From positions 6,004 through 70,003 of the forward strand of contig CALGGB010000065.1 of NCBI GenBank assembly GCA_937880925.1: DNA of 64,000 bases. Reading direction: 5' to 3'. Below are positions 51,421-61,702 of the stretch, piece by piece. The position numbers were made by a program, and so were the translations under genes. The notes under the pieces were generated by a model. The model saw nothing but the letters and a program-made list of their open reading frames with translations, was not told the DNA's origin and did not search any database. How positions within the stretch are numbered: the stretch's first letter is position 1; every line of letters starts with the position of its first letter. This stretch comes from an uncultured Rhodospirillaceae bacterium (lineage in GTDB: Bacteria > Pseudomonadota > Alphaproteobacteria > SP197).

Positions 51421-52176
51421 ATGAGCATTCTCTCGATCAAGAACCTGCACGCCGAAGTCGACGGCAAGGAAATCCTCAAAGGCATCGACCTGGAGATCGG
51501 CGCGGGCGAAATCCACGCCATCATGGGTCCCAACGGCTCGGGCAAGTCGACGCTTTCCTACACGCTTGCCGGGCGCGAAGGTTACACGGTGACCAAGGGC
51601 GAGGTCGTCTATCAGGGCAAGAACCTGCTGGAGATGCTGCCCGAGGAACGGGCCCAGGCCGGCGTGTTCCTCGCCTTCCAGTATCCCGTCGAAATCCCGG
51701 GCGTGCCCACCGTCACCTTTCTCAAGCAGGCGATGAATTCCGTGCGCAAGGCGCGCGGCGAAAAGCAGCTCGACGCCTTCGAGTTCAAGAAGCTGATGGA
51801 TGCCCGCCTGAAGGAACTCAACATCGTCAACGACATGGTGCGCCGCGCGCTCAACACCGGCTTCTCGGGCGGTGAGAAGAAGCGCATGGAAGTGCTGCAG
51901 ATGGCGCTGCTGGAACCGACGCTCGCCATCCTCGACGAAACCGATTCGGGCCTCGACATCGACGCGCTGAAGACCGTCGCCGACGGCGTCAACGCCCTGC
52001 GCGCGGCCGACCGCTCCATGCTGGTCATCACCCATTACCAGCGCCTGCTGGACTATATCGTGCCCGACCATGTCCATGTGCTGTTCGAGGGCCGCATCGT
52101 GCGTTCGGGCGACAAGTCGCTTGCGCTGGAACTGGAGGAGAAGGGCTACACCGACATCACCGGCGCGGCCGCCTGA
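51421..52176 (+). CDS. sufC: Fe-S cluster assembly ATPase SufC
   Basis: MGPNGSGKST, FQYPVEIPGV, FSGGEKKR, LDETDSGLDIDAL, ITHYQRLL. Confidence 0.98.
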   Translation: MSILSIKNLHAEVDGKEILKGIDLEIGAGEIHAIMGPNGSGKSTLSYTLAGREGYTVTKGEVVYQGKNLLEMLPEERAQAGVFLAFQYPVEIPGVPTVTFLKQAMNSVRKARGEKQLDAFEFKKLMDARLKELNIVNDMVRRALNTGFSGGEKKRMEVLQMALLEPTLAILDETDSGLDIDALKTVADGVNALRAADRSMLVITHYQRLLDYIVPDHVHVLFEGRIVRSGDKSLALELEEKGYTDITGAAA

Positions 52177-52178
52177 TC

Positions 52179-53498
52179 ATGACGACAAGCAACGACAACG
52201 GCCTGCTGGCCGATCACACCGCCCTTGCCGCCGGGCTTCCGGGCGCCGGCGCCGGCTGGATCGATGCCCTGCGCGCCGACGGCGCCAAGCGCTTTGCCGG
52301 CCTGGGCCTGCCCACGCGCAAGGTCGAGGAATGGAAATACACCGACCTTTCGGCCCTGGCGCGCAGCCGCTTTGCGCCCTGCTGCGGCGCCGCGCCGGCC
52401 CACGCAAAGCCGGAGATCCCCGCGCCGCTGGTCAAGGACGGGCCCCAGGCGGTGTTCGTCAACGGCCGTTTCGACCCGGAGCTTTCTAGCCTGGGCGGCG
52501 CGCCGGAAGGCATCACCGCCCTGCCGCTGGCCGAAGCCATCGCGCAGATGCCCAAGCTGCTGGAAAGCTACATGGGCCGTGTCGCCGAACTGGGCCGCAA
52601 GTCGCTCGTCGCGCTCAACACCGCCTGGCTGGCCGACGGCTTCGTGCTGCATCTGGCCAAGGATGTCCGCCTGACGCGCCCGCTGGAGCTGGTCTTCTGG
52701 GGCGATTCGGGAAGCGATGGCGAGCGTTCGGCCTGGCATCCCCGCCATCTGATCGTGCTCGATCCCGGCGCCTCGGCGACCCTTCTGGAGCGCCACATTG
52801 GCCGCACGGGCGGTCATTTCGCCAACAGCGTCACCGAGATTGCCGCAGCCACCGGCGCCAGCCTGCGTCACTACCGCCTGCAGGACGAGCCGGGCGATGC
52901 GGTCCATATCGCGACCACCGAGGTGGCGCTTTCGGCAGGGGCCTCCTACGAGAGCTTCGTGCTTTCCAAAGGCGCGGTTCTGGCGCGCAACCAGATCGCC
53001 GTCACCCTGCAGGGCGAGGGCGCCAGCGCCAGCGTCAACGGCGCCTACATGGGCCGGGGCAGCCAGATCACCGACACCACGACCCTGATCGACCATGCCG
53101 CGCCGGGCTGCACCAGCAGCCAGACCTACAAGGGCGTGCTCGACGACCGCTCGCGCGGTGTCTTCCAGGGCCGCATCGTGGTGCGCAAGGACGCCCAGAA
53201 GAGCGACGGCCACCAGTCCAACAAGGCCATCCTGCTTTCCGACCGCGCCGAGATCGACGCCAAGCCGGAACTGGAAATCTATGCCGACGACGTGAAGTGC
53301 AGCCATGGCGCCACGGCCGGCGAACTCGACGACAACGCGCTCTTCTACCTGCGCGCCCGCGGCATTCCCGAGCATGAGGCGCGCGGCCTGCTGATCGACG
53401 CCTTCATCGACGGCGCTATCGGCACCATCACCCACGAGACCGTGCGCGATGCCTTCCGCGATCATGCCGAGGCCTGGCGCCAGGAGGGCGGAACATGA
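52179..53498 (+). CDS. sufD: Fe-S cluster assembly protein SufD
   Basis: EEWKYT, GVFQGRI, KPELEIYADDVKCSHGAT, FYLRARGI. Confidence 0.97.
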   Translation: MTTSNDNGLLADHTALAAGLPGAGAGWIDALRADGAKRFAGLGLPTRKVEEWKYTDLSALARSRFAPCCGAAPAHAKPEIPAPLVKDGPQAVFVNGRFDPELSSLGGAPEGITALPLAEAIAQMPKLLESYMGRVAELGRKSLVALNTAWLADGFVLHLAKDVRLTRPLELVFWGDSGSDGERSAWHPRHLIVLDPGASATLLERHIGRTGGHFANSVTEIAAATGASLRHYRLQDEPGDAVHIATTEVALSAGASYESFVLSKGAVLARNQIAVTLQGEGASASVNGAYMGRGSQITDTTTLIDHAAPGCTSSQTYKGVLDDRSRGVFQGRIVVRKDAQKSDGHQSNKAILLSDRAEIDAKPELEIYADDVKCSHGATAGELDDNALFYLRARGIPEHEARGLLIDAFIDGAIGTITHETVRDAFRDHAEAWRQEGGT

Positions 53499-54751
53499 AC
53501 GCCGCGCTCGCAGAGGCCCGGCCAAGCAACAGCGCCTTCGACGTCGAGAAGGTGCGCGCCGACTTCCCGATCCTGTCGCGCGAGGTTCACGGCAAGCCGC
53601 TGGTCTATCTCGACAGCGCGGCCAGCGCGCAGAAGCCGCGCCAGGTGATCGAGGCCGAGACGCGCGTCTATGAGGAGGAATACGCCAACGTCCATCGCGG
53701 CGTGCATTACCTCTCACAGGCCGCGACGCAGAAGTTCGAGGCGACGCGTACGCGCATCGCCTCCTTCATCAACGCCCCCGACGAGAACGAGGTCGTCTTC
53801 ACGCGCGGCGCCAGCGAGGCGATCAACCTGGTCGCCTTCAGTTATGCCGCCCATTTCCTCAAAGAAGGCGACGAAATCCTGATTTCGGAGCTCGAGCACC
53901 ATTCCAACATCGTGCCCTGGCAGCTTGCCGCACAGCGCAACGGTGCGGTGATCCGCGCCATTCCGATCTGCCAGGACGGCCAGATCGACATGGCCGCCTA
54001 TGCCGACCTTCTGGGGCCCAGGACGAAGATGGTCGCGATCACGGCGCAGTCCAATGCCCTGGGCATCATTCCGCCGCTGGAACGCATGATCCCCATGGCG
54101 CACGACGCCAGCGCAAAGGTGCTGGTCGACGGCTGCCAGGCGATCACCCACCGCCCGGTCGATGTCCAGGCGATGGGCTGCGACTTTTTCGCCTTTTCGG
54201 GCCACAAGATCTACGGGCCGACGGGCGTGGGCGCCCTCTGGGGCCGCGCCGAACTGCTGGAAGCCATGCCGCCCTGGCAGGGCGGCGGCGAGATGATCGC
54301 CCGCGTCGGCATCGAGAAGTCGACCTACAAGGGCATTCCCCACCGCTTCGAGGCCGGCACTCCGGCGATCGCCCAGGTGATCGCCCTGAAGGATGCGCTC
54401 GACTACGTCGATGGCCTGGGGATGGGCGCCATCGCCGAGCACGAGGCCATGCTGCTTGACCATGCGGTGCGCCGCCTGGAGGCCATGGACGGGGTCACGA
54501 TCATCGGCACCAGCCCGGCCAAGGCGAGCATCGTCTCGTTCCTGCTGGACGGCATCCACCCCCATGACATCGGCACCATCGTCGACCGCGAGGGTGTCGC
54601 CGTGCGCGTCGGCCACCACTGCGCCCAGCCGGTGATGGAATACTACGACATCGCCGCGACCGTGCGCGCCTCCTTCGGCCTCTACAACACGCTGGCCGAG
54701 GTCGATGCGCTGATCGCCTCGCTGGAGAAGACCAGGGAGATCTTTGCCTGA
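53495..54751 (+). CDS. sufS: cysteine desulfurase
   Basis: YLDSAASAQKP, EHHSNIVPW, FSGHKIYGPTG, RVGHHCAQP. Confidence 0.97.
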   Translation: MNAALAEARPSNSAFDVEKVRADFPILSREVHGKPLVYLDSAASAQKPRQVIEAETRVYEEEYANVHRGVHYLSQAATQKFEATRTRIASFINAPDENEVVFTRGASEAINLVAFSYAAHFLKEGDEILISELEHHSNIVPWQLAAQRNGAVIRAIPICQDGQIDMAAYADLLGPRTKMVAITAQSNALGIIPPLERMIPMAHDASAKVLVDGCQAITHRPVDVQAMGCDFFAFSGHKIYGPTGVGALWGRAELLEAMPPWQGGGEMIARVGIEKSTYKGIPHRFEAGTPAIAQVIALKDALDYVDGLGMGAIAEHEAMLLDHAVRRLEAMDGVTIIGTSPAKASIVSFLLDGIHPHDIGTIVDREGVAVRVGHHCAQPVMEYYDIAATVRASFGLYNTLAEVDALIASLEKTREIFA

Positions 54752-55206
54752 TGGACGACCTGCGCGATCTTTACCAGGAAGTCATCCTGGACCATGGAAA
54801 GAACCCCCGGAACTTCCGCCATCCCGAGGACGCCAACCGCCATGCCGAGGGCGACAACCCCCTCTGTGGCGACCGCCTGACGATCTACCTGAAGATCGGG
54901 CACAACGGCCTGGTCGAGGACGTCGCTTTCGAGGGCCGCGGCTGCGCCATCTCCATGGCTTCGGCCTCGATGATGACAGAGATCATCGCCGGCAAGACGG
55001 AAGAAGCGGCGCGCGCCCTGTTCCACCGCTTCCACGACTTCGTGACCGGCAAGGAAGAGATCGAGGGTGCGGACGACGAGGACCTGGAGAAGCTCATCGT
55101 GCTGGCGGGCGTGAAGCAGTTCCCCATGCGGGTGAAGTGCGCGACGCTCGCCTGGCACACCATGACGGCAGCGATGGACGGCGAAAACGTCGTGACGACG
55201 GAGTAG
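54751..55206 (+). CDS. sufU: SUF-system NifU-like sulfurtransferase
   Basis: LYQEVILDH, NPLCGD, GCAISMASAS, RVKCATLAWH. Confidence 0.93.
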   Translation: MDDLRDLYQEVILDHGKNPRNFRHPEDANRHAEGDNPLCGDRLTIYLKIGHNGLVEDVAFEGRGCAISMASASMMTEIIAGKTEEAARALFHRFHDFVTGKEEIEGADDEDLEKLIVLAGVKQFPMRVKCATLAWHTMTAAMDGENVVTTE

Positions 55207-55209
55207 AGC

Positions 55210-55650
55210 ATGGACGAGACCACCACCCAGCAGGCCGAAGGCCAGCCGGCCGATGACACCGCGGCACCCGAGGCCAAGGTGCATGAAAGCTGGAGGCCCG
55301 GTGCCACCGAGGATGTCGATCCCCGCAGCATCACCCAGGAAGAGGGCGAGCCGCTGATCGGCGACATCGTCGATGCCCTGCGCACGGTGTTCGACCCGGA
55401 AATCCCGGTCAACGTCTATGACCTGGGTCTGATCTACGCCATCGACTCGCGCAAGGACGGCTCGGTCAAGATCGAGATGACGCTGACCGCGCCGGGCTGC
55501 CCGGTGGCCGAGGAAATTCCGATCTGGATCCGCGATGCGGTTGCCACGGTCGAGACGACCACCGATATCGAAGTCGAAATCGTCTGGGACCCGCCATGGG
55601 ATCCCTCGATGATGTCCGATTATGCTAAAATCGAACTGGGCATGTACTAG
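55210..55650 (+). CDS. DUF59 / SufT-like Fe-S assembly protein
   Basis: DPEIPVNVYDLGLIY, MTLTAPGCPVA, WDPPW. Confidence 0.92.
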   Translation: MDETTTQQAEGQPADDTAAPEAKVHESWRPGATEDVDPRSITQEEGEPLIGDIVDALRTVFDPEIPVNVYDLGLIYAIDSRKDGSVKIEMTLTAPGCPVAEEIPIWIRDAVATVETTTDIEVEIVWDPPWDPSMMSDYAKIELGMY

Positions 55651-55672
55651 AGCCCACGGAGTGACAGGAATC

Positions 55673-56017
55673 ATGTTCGCGACACCCGACAAGAAGCTGC
55701 TTTCGCTCACCGACCGTGCTGCCGAACGGGTCAAGGCCCTGATGGCGCAGAACGCGGATGCCGTGGGACTGAAGGTCGGCGTCAAGATGGCCGGCTGCAG
55801 CGGTTTTTCCTACACCATGGACTACGCCACCGAGACCACAGGCAAGGAAGACGTGGTGGAGGACAAGGGTGTTCGCCTGCTGATAGAACCCAGCGCCGCG
55901 ATGTTCCTGCTGGGCACGGAACTGGACTGGCACGAGGACCGGCTGGAAAGCCGCTTCGTTTTCAACAACCCCAATGTCAAGGGGATGTGCGGCTGCGGCG
56001 AGTCCTTCACCGTCTGA
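55673..56017 (+). CDS. sufA: A-type Fe-S carrier (SufA/IscA)
   Basis: GCSGFSY, NPN...CGCGESF. Confidence 0.92.
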   Translation: MFATPDKKLLSLTDRAAERVKALMAQNADAVGLKVGVKMAGCSGFSYTMDYATETTGKEDVVEDKGVRLLIEPSAAMFLLGTELDWHEDRLESRFVFNNPNVKGMCGCGESFTV

Positions 56018-56039
56018 CGCCTTTCCCGGGAGAACCCGC

Positions 56040-58007
56040 TTGTTGCTGACGCGTCTCTGCGGCGCGCTGGCGCTGCTTGTTTGCATCGCCGCCACCACAC
56101 CCGCTGCCGCCCAGGCGCTTTCGCAGGGCGACCAGACCATCTATCGCAGCGCCTTCGCCAAGGCTGACCAGGGGGACTGGAGCGGCGCGCGGGCCACCGC
56201 AGCGCAGGCCAGCGACCCGACGCTGGCAGAGGTCATCCTCTGGCTTCAGCTTCAGGACAGCAGCCGGACCGGCGACTTCGTCTCGATCGTTTCGTTCCTG
56301 GTGGAGAATCCCGGCTGGCCCCGCCTCAACGATCTGCGCCGGCGCGCCGAGGAGGCCATGCCCCAGGAGCTGGCGCCGGCCGATGTCATCGCCTATTTCG
56401 ATGCCTATCCCCCGCTGTCGGGCAAGGGCACGCTGCGCCAGCTTGCCGCCCTGGAGGCGCTGGGCCGCACCGAAGCGGTGCAACTGGCCGCGATCGACGC
56501 CTGGAACGGACGCGATTTCTCCTCCAACGACGAAAAGACCTTCCTGGAGCGTTACGCCCGGATCATTCCAGCAAGCCTTGCCTGGACGCGGCTGGACCGC
56601 CTGCTCTGGGAGGGACAGACGACGGCCGCCGAACGCATCCTGCCCTTCGTCGATGCCGACCATCGGGCCCTGGCGCGGGCCCGTATCGTGCTGCACAACG
56701 GCGGCCCGGGCGTTGATGCTGCGGTCAGCGCCGTGCCGCCGGGCCTGGCCGACGATCCCGGCCTGCTCTACGAGCGCCTGCGCTGGCGTCGCACCCACGG
56801 AAACGAGGCCGGCGCCATCGAGTTACTGGCGCGCGCACCTGCCGACCTTGCCTACCCCGACCTGTGGGCGCAGGAGCGCCTGATCCTGGCGCGCGACATG
56901 CTGGATGCCAGCAATGCCGCGGGCGCCTACCGCATGCTCGCCCAGCACTTCGAGTTGAGCGGGGCGGTCTATCACGAGGTCGAGTGGCTGGCGGGCTGGA
57001 TTTCCCTGCGCAAGCTGGGCAATGCGCGCAACGCGCTTGACCACTTCATGACCTTCTACGGCGAGGTCTCCTACCCGATCAGCCGGGCGCGCGGCGCCTA
57101 TTGGGCCGGCCGGGCGGCCGAAGCCCTGGGCGATACCGGGATCGCAGCAACCTGGTATGACCTGGCGGCTGACAACGGCACCACCTTTTACGGCCAGCTC
57201 GGCGCGGCCAAGCTCGGCATCCAGCCGCGCCTGCCCAGCGCACCCCAGCCGACCCAAGCCGAGATCGCCGCCTTCGCCGGCGACGAACTGACCACCATCG
57301 TGCGCCAGCTAGCCGAAATCGATCAGGAGCGCCTGGTGCGCGTGTTCCTCACGCGCATGACCGACGCCACCGATTCCGGCGCGCGGCACCAGCTGATCGG
57401 CCAGCTTGCCCTGGTCCTGGGGCGCCCGGACCTTGCGGTGATGGTTGCCAAACGCGCAGTCCAGGCAGGCACCGTGCTGGTGACGGCCGGCTACCCCATG
57501 ATCGCCCTGCCCCAGCCGGTGCCGGTCGATCCTTCGCTCGCCTACGCCATCATCCGCCAGGAAAGCGGCTTCGATCCCGATGTCGTCTCGCCCGCGGGTG
57601 CGCGTGGCCTGATGCAGCTCATGCCCGCCACGGCGCGCGAGGTCGCGGGCAAGCTCGGCCTTTCCTCCTCGGACGCCAAGCTGACCAGCGATCCGCAGTT
57701 CAACATGCGCCTGGGCACCACCTACCTTGCCCAGATGATCGAGAACCAGGACGGATCGTTCGTGCGCGCCATCGCATCCTACAATGCCGGCCCGGGCCGT
57801 GTGCGCCAGTGGGTCGGCGAGATGGGCGATCCCCATGCGCCCAATATCGATATCGTCGACTGGATCGAGGAGATCCCCTTCTCCGAAACCCGCAATTACG
57901 TGCAGCGGGTGCTGGAGGGCATGGAGGTCTATCGCATGCTCAACGGCCAGGAGACCGCAGGCCTGTTCGACGACATGAAGATGAACTGCACCGAGAGCGG
58001 TTGCTGA
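56040..58007 (+). CDS. slt: soluble lytic murein transglycosylase (Slt70-like)
   Basis: Signal peptide; AIIRQES, GARGLMQLMP, SYNAGPG, IPFSETRNYVQRV; TTG start uncertain. Confidence 0.92.
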   Translation: MLLTRLCGALALLVCIAATTPAAAQALSQGDQTIYRSAFAKADQGDWSGARATAAQASDPTLAEVILWLQLQDSSRTGDFVSIVSFLVENPGWPRLNDLRRRAEEAMPQELAPADVIAYFDAYPPLSGKGTLRQLAALEALGRTEAVQLAAIDAWNGRDFSSNDEKTFLERYARIIPASLAWTRLDRLLWEGQTTAAERILPFVDADHRALARARIVLHNGGPGVDAAVSAVPPGLADDPGLLYERLRWRRTHGNEAGAIELLARAPADLAYPDLWAQERLILARDMLDASNAAGAYRMLAQHFELSGAVYHEVEWLAGWISLRKLGNARNALDHFMTFYGEVSYPISRARGAYWAGRAAEALGDTGIAATWYDLAADNGTTFYGQLGAAKLGIQPRLPSAPQPTQAEIAAFAGDELTTIVRQLAEIDQERLVRVFLTRMTDATDSGARHQLIGQLALVLGRPDLAVMVAKRAVQAGTVLVTAGYPMIALPQPVPVDPSLAYAIIRQESGFDPDVVSPAGARGLMQLMPATAREVAGKLGLSSSDAKLTSDPQFNMRLGTTYLAQMIENQDGSFVRAIASYNAGPGRVRQWVGEMGDPHAPNIDIVDWIEEIPFSETRNYVQRVLEGMEVYRMLNGQETAGLFDDMKMNCTESGC

Positions 58008-58036
58008 GTTCGGCCGCGCTTGAACCGGCTCAAAGG

Positions 58037-58068
58037 TTGCATCAAATTGCGACTGCGAATTATTTTCA
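58037..58068 (+). promoter_or_regulatory. promoter with overlapping Fur-like box
   Basis: TTGCAT (58037) N17 TTATTT; imperfect 7-1-7 repeat TGCGAAT-T-ATTTTCA at 58054-58068 in an AT-rich island. Confidence 0.4.
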
Positions 58069-58083
58069 GATAGGAGACGAAAC

Positions 58084-58725
58084 ATGGCCGCGACCATGAA
58101 CCAGGCCCCGGACAAGGTTGAGGCCGACCTGAACCGCATCGATGAACGCCCCATCGACCTGCTGACCTCGCGCCGCTCGGTGCTGGCGGCCCAGTTGATC
58201 GAACCGGGCCCCGATCCCGATGCGTTGCAGACCATGCTGGAAGCCGCGGTGCGCGTGCCCGACCATGGCCGCCTGACCCCCTGGTGCCTGCAGGTCGTCG
58301 GCAAACCCGCCCAGGCCGAACTGGGCGAGCTGTTCGTCAGTGAATTCGCCAGGAGCGAACCGGAGGCCACGGAGGAGCGCCTGCAACTGGAGCGCATCCG
58401 GCCGCAGCGCTCGCCGGTGCTGGTGATCGTCAGCAGCCACACCCACCGCGACCATGCCATTCCCGAAGTCGAGCAGCTTCTTTCCTGCGGCAATGTCTGC
58501 ATGAACCTGTTGCATGCCGCCACGGCCCTGGGCTTCGGCGCGCAATGGGTAACGAACTGGCCGGCCTACAACCCGGTCATCAAGGCCGCGCTGGGCATCC
58601 CCGAGGACGAACACCTGGTCGGCTTCATCCACATCGGCACTGCGAAATCGCCGCCGTCGGAGCGCGCCCGCCCGCATCTGGACGACGTGGTCCGCTTCCT
58701 GCCGACCCTGCCGCCGCGCCTCTGA
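58084..58725 (+). CDS. nitroreductase (YdjA-like)
   Basis: SRRSV, RVPDHGRLTPW, ALGFGAQWVT, VGFIHIGT, ERARP. Confidence 0.93.
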   Translation: MAATMNQAPDKVEADLNRIDERPIDLLTSRRSVLAAQLIEPGPDPDALQTMLEAAVRVPDHGRLTPWCLQVVGKPAQAELGELFVSEFARSEPEATEERLQLERIRPQRSPVLVIVSSHTHRDHAIPEVEQLLSCGNVCMNLLHAATALGFGAQWVTNWPAYNPVIKAALGIPEDEHLVGFIHIGTAKSPPSERARPHLDDVVRFLPTLPPRL

Positions 58726-58735
58726 GGGCACTGCC

Positions 58736-60289
58736 CTACCCTGCCGCGACCTGCCCCCAGGGCGACATGACAAAGGCACAGCCGTGGCGTTCGACGCCCA
58801 GGTCATGGACCGCATTGGGGCAGGCATAGAGCGCCGGCGTCACCGCATAGGGCACCTCGGTCGTCTTCCAGCGTGCGGCGAGGGCAGCGCGGGCGTCCGC
58901 CGGCATACGCGTATCGGCCGCGACCAGGCTTGCGCCGCTGACATCCAGGCGCGGCGTGTGAAAGGCCTGATCCAGGGTCATGCCGTGATCGACCATGAAC
59001 GAGATGAGCTGCATCACCGCCGGGAAGATGCGCCGGCCGCCTGAGGCGCCGAGCGCGAAGTTGCCGCCCTGGCGCGTCACCACGGCCGGGCACATGTTCG
59101 ACAGGGGCCGCCGGCCCGGAGCCATGGCGTTGGGCCCGCCGGGGCGGGGATCGAACCACATGATGCCGTTGTTCATCAGGAAGCCGATGTTCGGCAGCAG
59201 CACGCGGCTGCCGAAGACCGAAAGCAGGGTCTGGGTCAGCGCCACCATGTTGCCCCTGGCATCGACCACGGTGAGATGGGTGGTGCAGCTTTCGCCATTG
59301 CCCTCGCCCATGGTTTCCAGCCGGTGGCGATAGGCGGCAAAGAGCGACTCGGCATAAGCGGTGTAGGCCGCCGCATCGGGTGTCTTTCCCGAAGCGCTCC
59401 AACCGTCTTCCAGCCGCGCCAGGGCATCGAGCAAGGTCGGGCCGGCGTTGAGGCCGGGCGGCACATGGATCGTGGCGTCGCGGTAACGCGCGGTCTGCGT
59501 GTCGACCAGGCGGGCCTCGTAGGCGGCCAGATCCTCCCGATCGAGCTTGCCGCCGACCGCGGCCATGTCCGCGGCGATGGTGGCGGCGATATCGCCCTTG
59601 TAGAAGTCATCCGGGCCGGCATCGCGCAGGCGCTCCAGTGTGGCGACCTGGGCGTCGGCCTGGAGCGTCATCAGGTTGTCGGGATCGATGCTGACCGGGG
59701 GCAGGCCGTCGGGCAGGAAGAAGTCGGCCGCCGCCCGGTTCTGGGCCAGGCCGCGGGCCTCCACGGCGATGCGCAGGGTGGCGTACCAGTCGACCTTCAT
59801 GCCACGGCGGGCAAGATCGATCGCCGGGGCGATGGCTTCCGCCCAGGGCAGCGTGCCGAAGCGCTCCAGCGCCAGCGCCCAGCCCGCGACCGTGCCCGGC
59901 GTGGCGACCGAAAGCGGCCCCTGGACATTGCGGTCGTCGACCACCAGCGGCCAGCCGAAGAGATCGTCGTCGGTGCCGCCTTCCTTCAGCGGATAGTCCG
60001 CGGGATCGAGACGCTTTGGCGCCACGCAGCCGAAGTCGATCGCCCTGGTCGAGCCCGTCTCGGCATCGTAGATCACCATGTAGCCGCAGCCGCCGATGCC
60101 GCTCATCCATGGCTCGGCCACACCGATGGCCAGACCCGTGGCGATGGCGGCGTCGACCGCATTGCCGCCGTCGGCCAGCACCTGGGCCCCGATGGCCGAG
60201 GCCTCGTGGTGATGGCTGGCAACCAGCCCCTTCTCGGAGACGACGGCGGGCTTGCTGACCTGCCAGGTTTCGGTGAGCCGTGCGGCCAT
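58736..60289 (-). CDS. ggt: gamma-glutamyltransferase family protein
   Basis: GGNAVDAA, EPWMSGIGG, CTTHLTVVD (Thr nucleophile), RPLSNM, GASGG. Confidence 0.9.
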   Translation of the reverse strand: MAARLTETWQVSKPAVVSEKGLVASHHHEASAIGAQVLADGGNAVDAAIATGLAIGVAEPWMSGIGGCGYMVIYDAETGSTRAIDFGCVAPKRLDPADYPLKEGGTDDDLFGWPLVVDDRNVQGPLSVATPGTVAGWALALERFGTLPWAEAIAPAIDLARRGMKVDWYATLRIAVEARGLAQNRAAADFFLPDGLPPVSIDPDNLMTLQADAQVATLERLRDAGPDDFYKGDIAATIAADMAAVGGKLDREDLAAYEARLVDTQTARYRDATIHVPPGLNAGPTLLDALARLEDGWSASGKTPDAAAYTAYAESLFAAYRHRLETMGEGNGESCTTHLTVVDARGNMVALTQTLLSVFGSRVLLPNIGFLMNNGIMWFDPRPGGPNAMAPGRRPLSNMCPAVVTRQGGNFALGASGGRRIFPAVMQLISFMVDHGMTLDQAFHTPRLDVSGASLVAADTRMPADARAALAARWKTTEVPYAVTPALYACPNAVHDLGVERHGCAFVMSPWGQVAAG

Positions 60290-60387
60290 TGCTTGTTCTC
60301 TCCCTTTACCTATCGCGCGGGAGCCTACGTCGGCTAAGCTTGCGCGTCATCTTTCGCGCGACCGCACTGCCATCTGGAGTTCCCCTC

Positions 60388-61686
60388 GTGAGTCATCCCC
60401 TCTTTGCCGACGACATGAAGCTTACCCCCTACTGGTGGGATGATGCGCCGCGCCCGGAGATTCCCCACCAGCCGATCCCCGACAAGGTCGACGTCGCCAT
60501 CGTGGGCGCGGGCTACACGGGCCTGACCGCCGCCATCGTTCTGGCGCGCGCGGGACGCAGCGTGCATGTCTTCGATGCTCAGGACGCGGCGTGGGGGTGC
60601 AGCGCACGCAACGGCGGCCAGATCGGCTCTGGCGTCAAACCCGGTGTCGACGACCTGACGCGCCACTATGGCCGCGAGACCGCCCACGCCATCATGAACG
60701 AGGGCTACGAAAGCCTGCGCTACGTCAAATCCTTCATCGAGAACGAGGGCATCGACTGCGACCTGCGGACCTGCGGCCGTTTCATCGGCGCGCACCGGCC
60801 CAGCCGCTACGAGCAGCTCGCCGAGGGCTTCGAGAAGGTCAAGGACATCGTGCCGCTGGAGTGGCACATGGTGCCCAAGTCGGAGATGGCGAGCGAGATC
60901 GGCACGGACGCCTACCACGGCGGCGCGATCCTGCCGCACCATGCCGCGCTGCAGCCGGCCAAGTACGCCAACGGCCTGGTCGAGCTCGCGCAAAAGGCCG
61001 GCGCCGTGATCCACACCCATACGCCCGTGCTGGGCATCGACCAGAAGGAAGGCGCCAACGGCATCGTCACCAGCCGCGGCAAGACCATCGCGCGCGACGT
61101 GATCGTGGCGACCAACGGCTACACCAAGGGCATCACGCCCAAGCTGCAGCGCCGGGTGATTCCCATCGGCAGCTACATGATCGCCACGGAAGAGATCCCC
61201 GACGAGATCATGCGCCGCATCTACCCGCGCGAGCACGTCACCTCCGACACGCGCAAGGTGGTCTACTACTATCGCCCCTCGCCCGATCACAAACGGGTCG
61301 TCTTCGGCGGCCGCGTGGCGCTGAAGGAAAGCGATCCGAAGGTCTCGGGCCCGCGCCTGCACGCCGTGATGGCGGGCCTCTTCCCGGAACTGACTCACAC
61401 CAAGATCAGCCATACCTGGATGGGCTTCGTCGCCTACACCTTCGACCACCTACCCCATGTCGGGCAGCGCGACGGCCTGTGGTACGCCATGGGCTACTGC
61501 GGTTCGGGTGTGGCCTGGGCGAGCTACATGGGCCACAAGATCGGCCACAAGGTGCTGGGCGACGGCGAGGGCGGCACGTCCTTCGACAAGATCGATTTCC
61601 CGACCCGGCCGCTCTACACCGGCGACCCCTGGTTCCTGTCCCTGGCCGTCGCCTATTACCAGGCGATGGACCGATGGGGTCCGTGA
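60388..61686 (+). CDS. FAD-dependent oxidoreductase (DAO/PuuB-OrdL-like)
   Basis: IVGAGYTGL, GCSARNGG, VATNGYT, GYCGSGV. Confidence 0.92.
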   Translation: MSHPLFADDMKLTPYWWDDAPRPEIPHQPIPDKVDVAIVGAGYTGLTAAIVLARAGRSVHVFDAQDAAWGCSARNGGQIGSGVKPGVDDLTRHYGRETAHAIMNEGYESLRYVKSFIENEGIDCDLRTCGRFIGAHRPSRYEQLAEGFEKVKDIVPLEWHMVPKSEMASEIGTDAYHGGAILPHHAALQPAKYANGLVELAQKAGAVIHTHTPVLGIDQKEGANGIVTSRGKTIARDVIVATNGYTKGITPKLQRRVIPIGSYMIATEEIPDEIMRRIYPREHVTSDTRKVVYYYRPSPDHKRVVFGGRVALKESDPKVSGPRLHAVMAGLFPELTHTKISHTWMGFVAYTFDHLPHVGQRDGLWYAMGYCGSGVAWASYMGHKIGHKVLGDGEGGTSFDKIDFPTRPLYTGDPWFLSLAVAYYQAMDRWGP

Positions 61687-61702
61687 GGCTGGCTGCTCCA
61701 GC

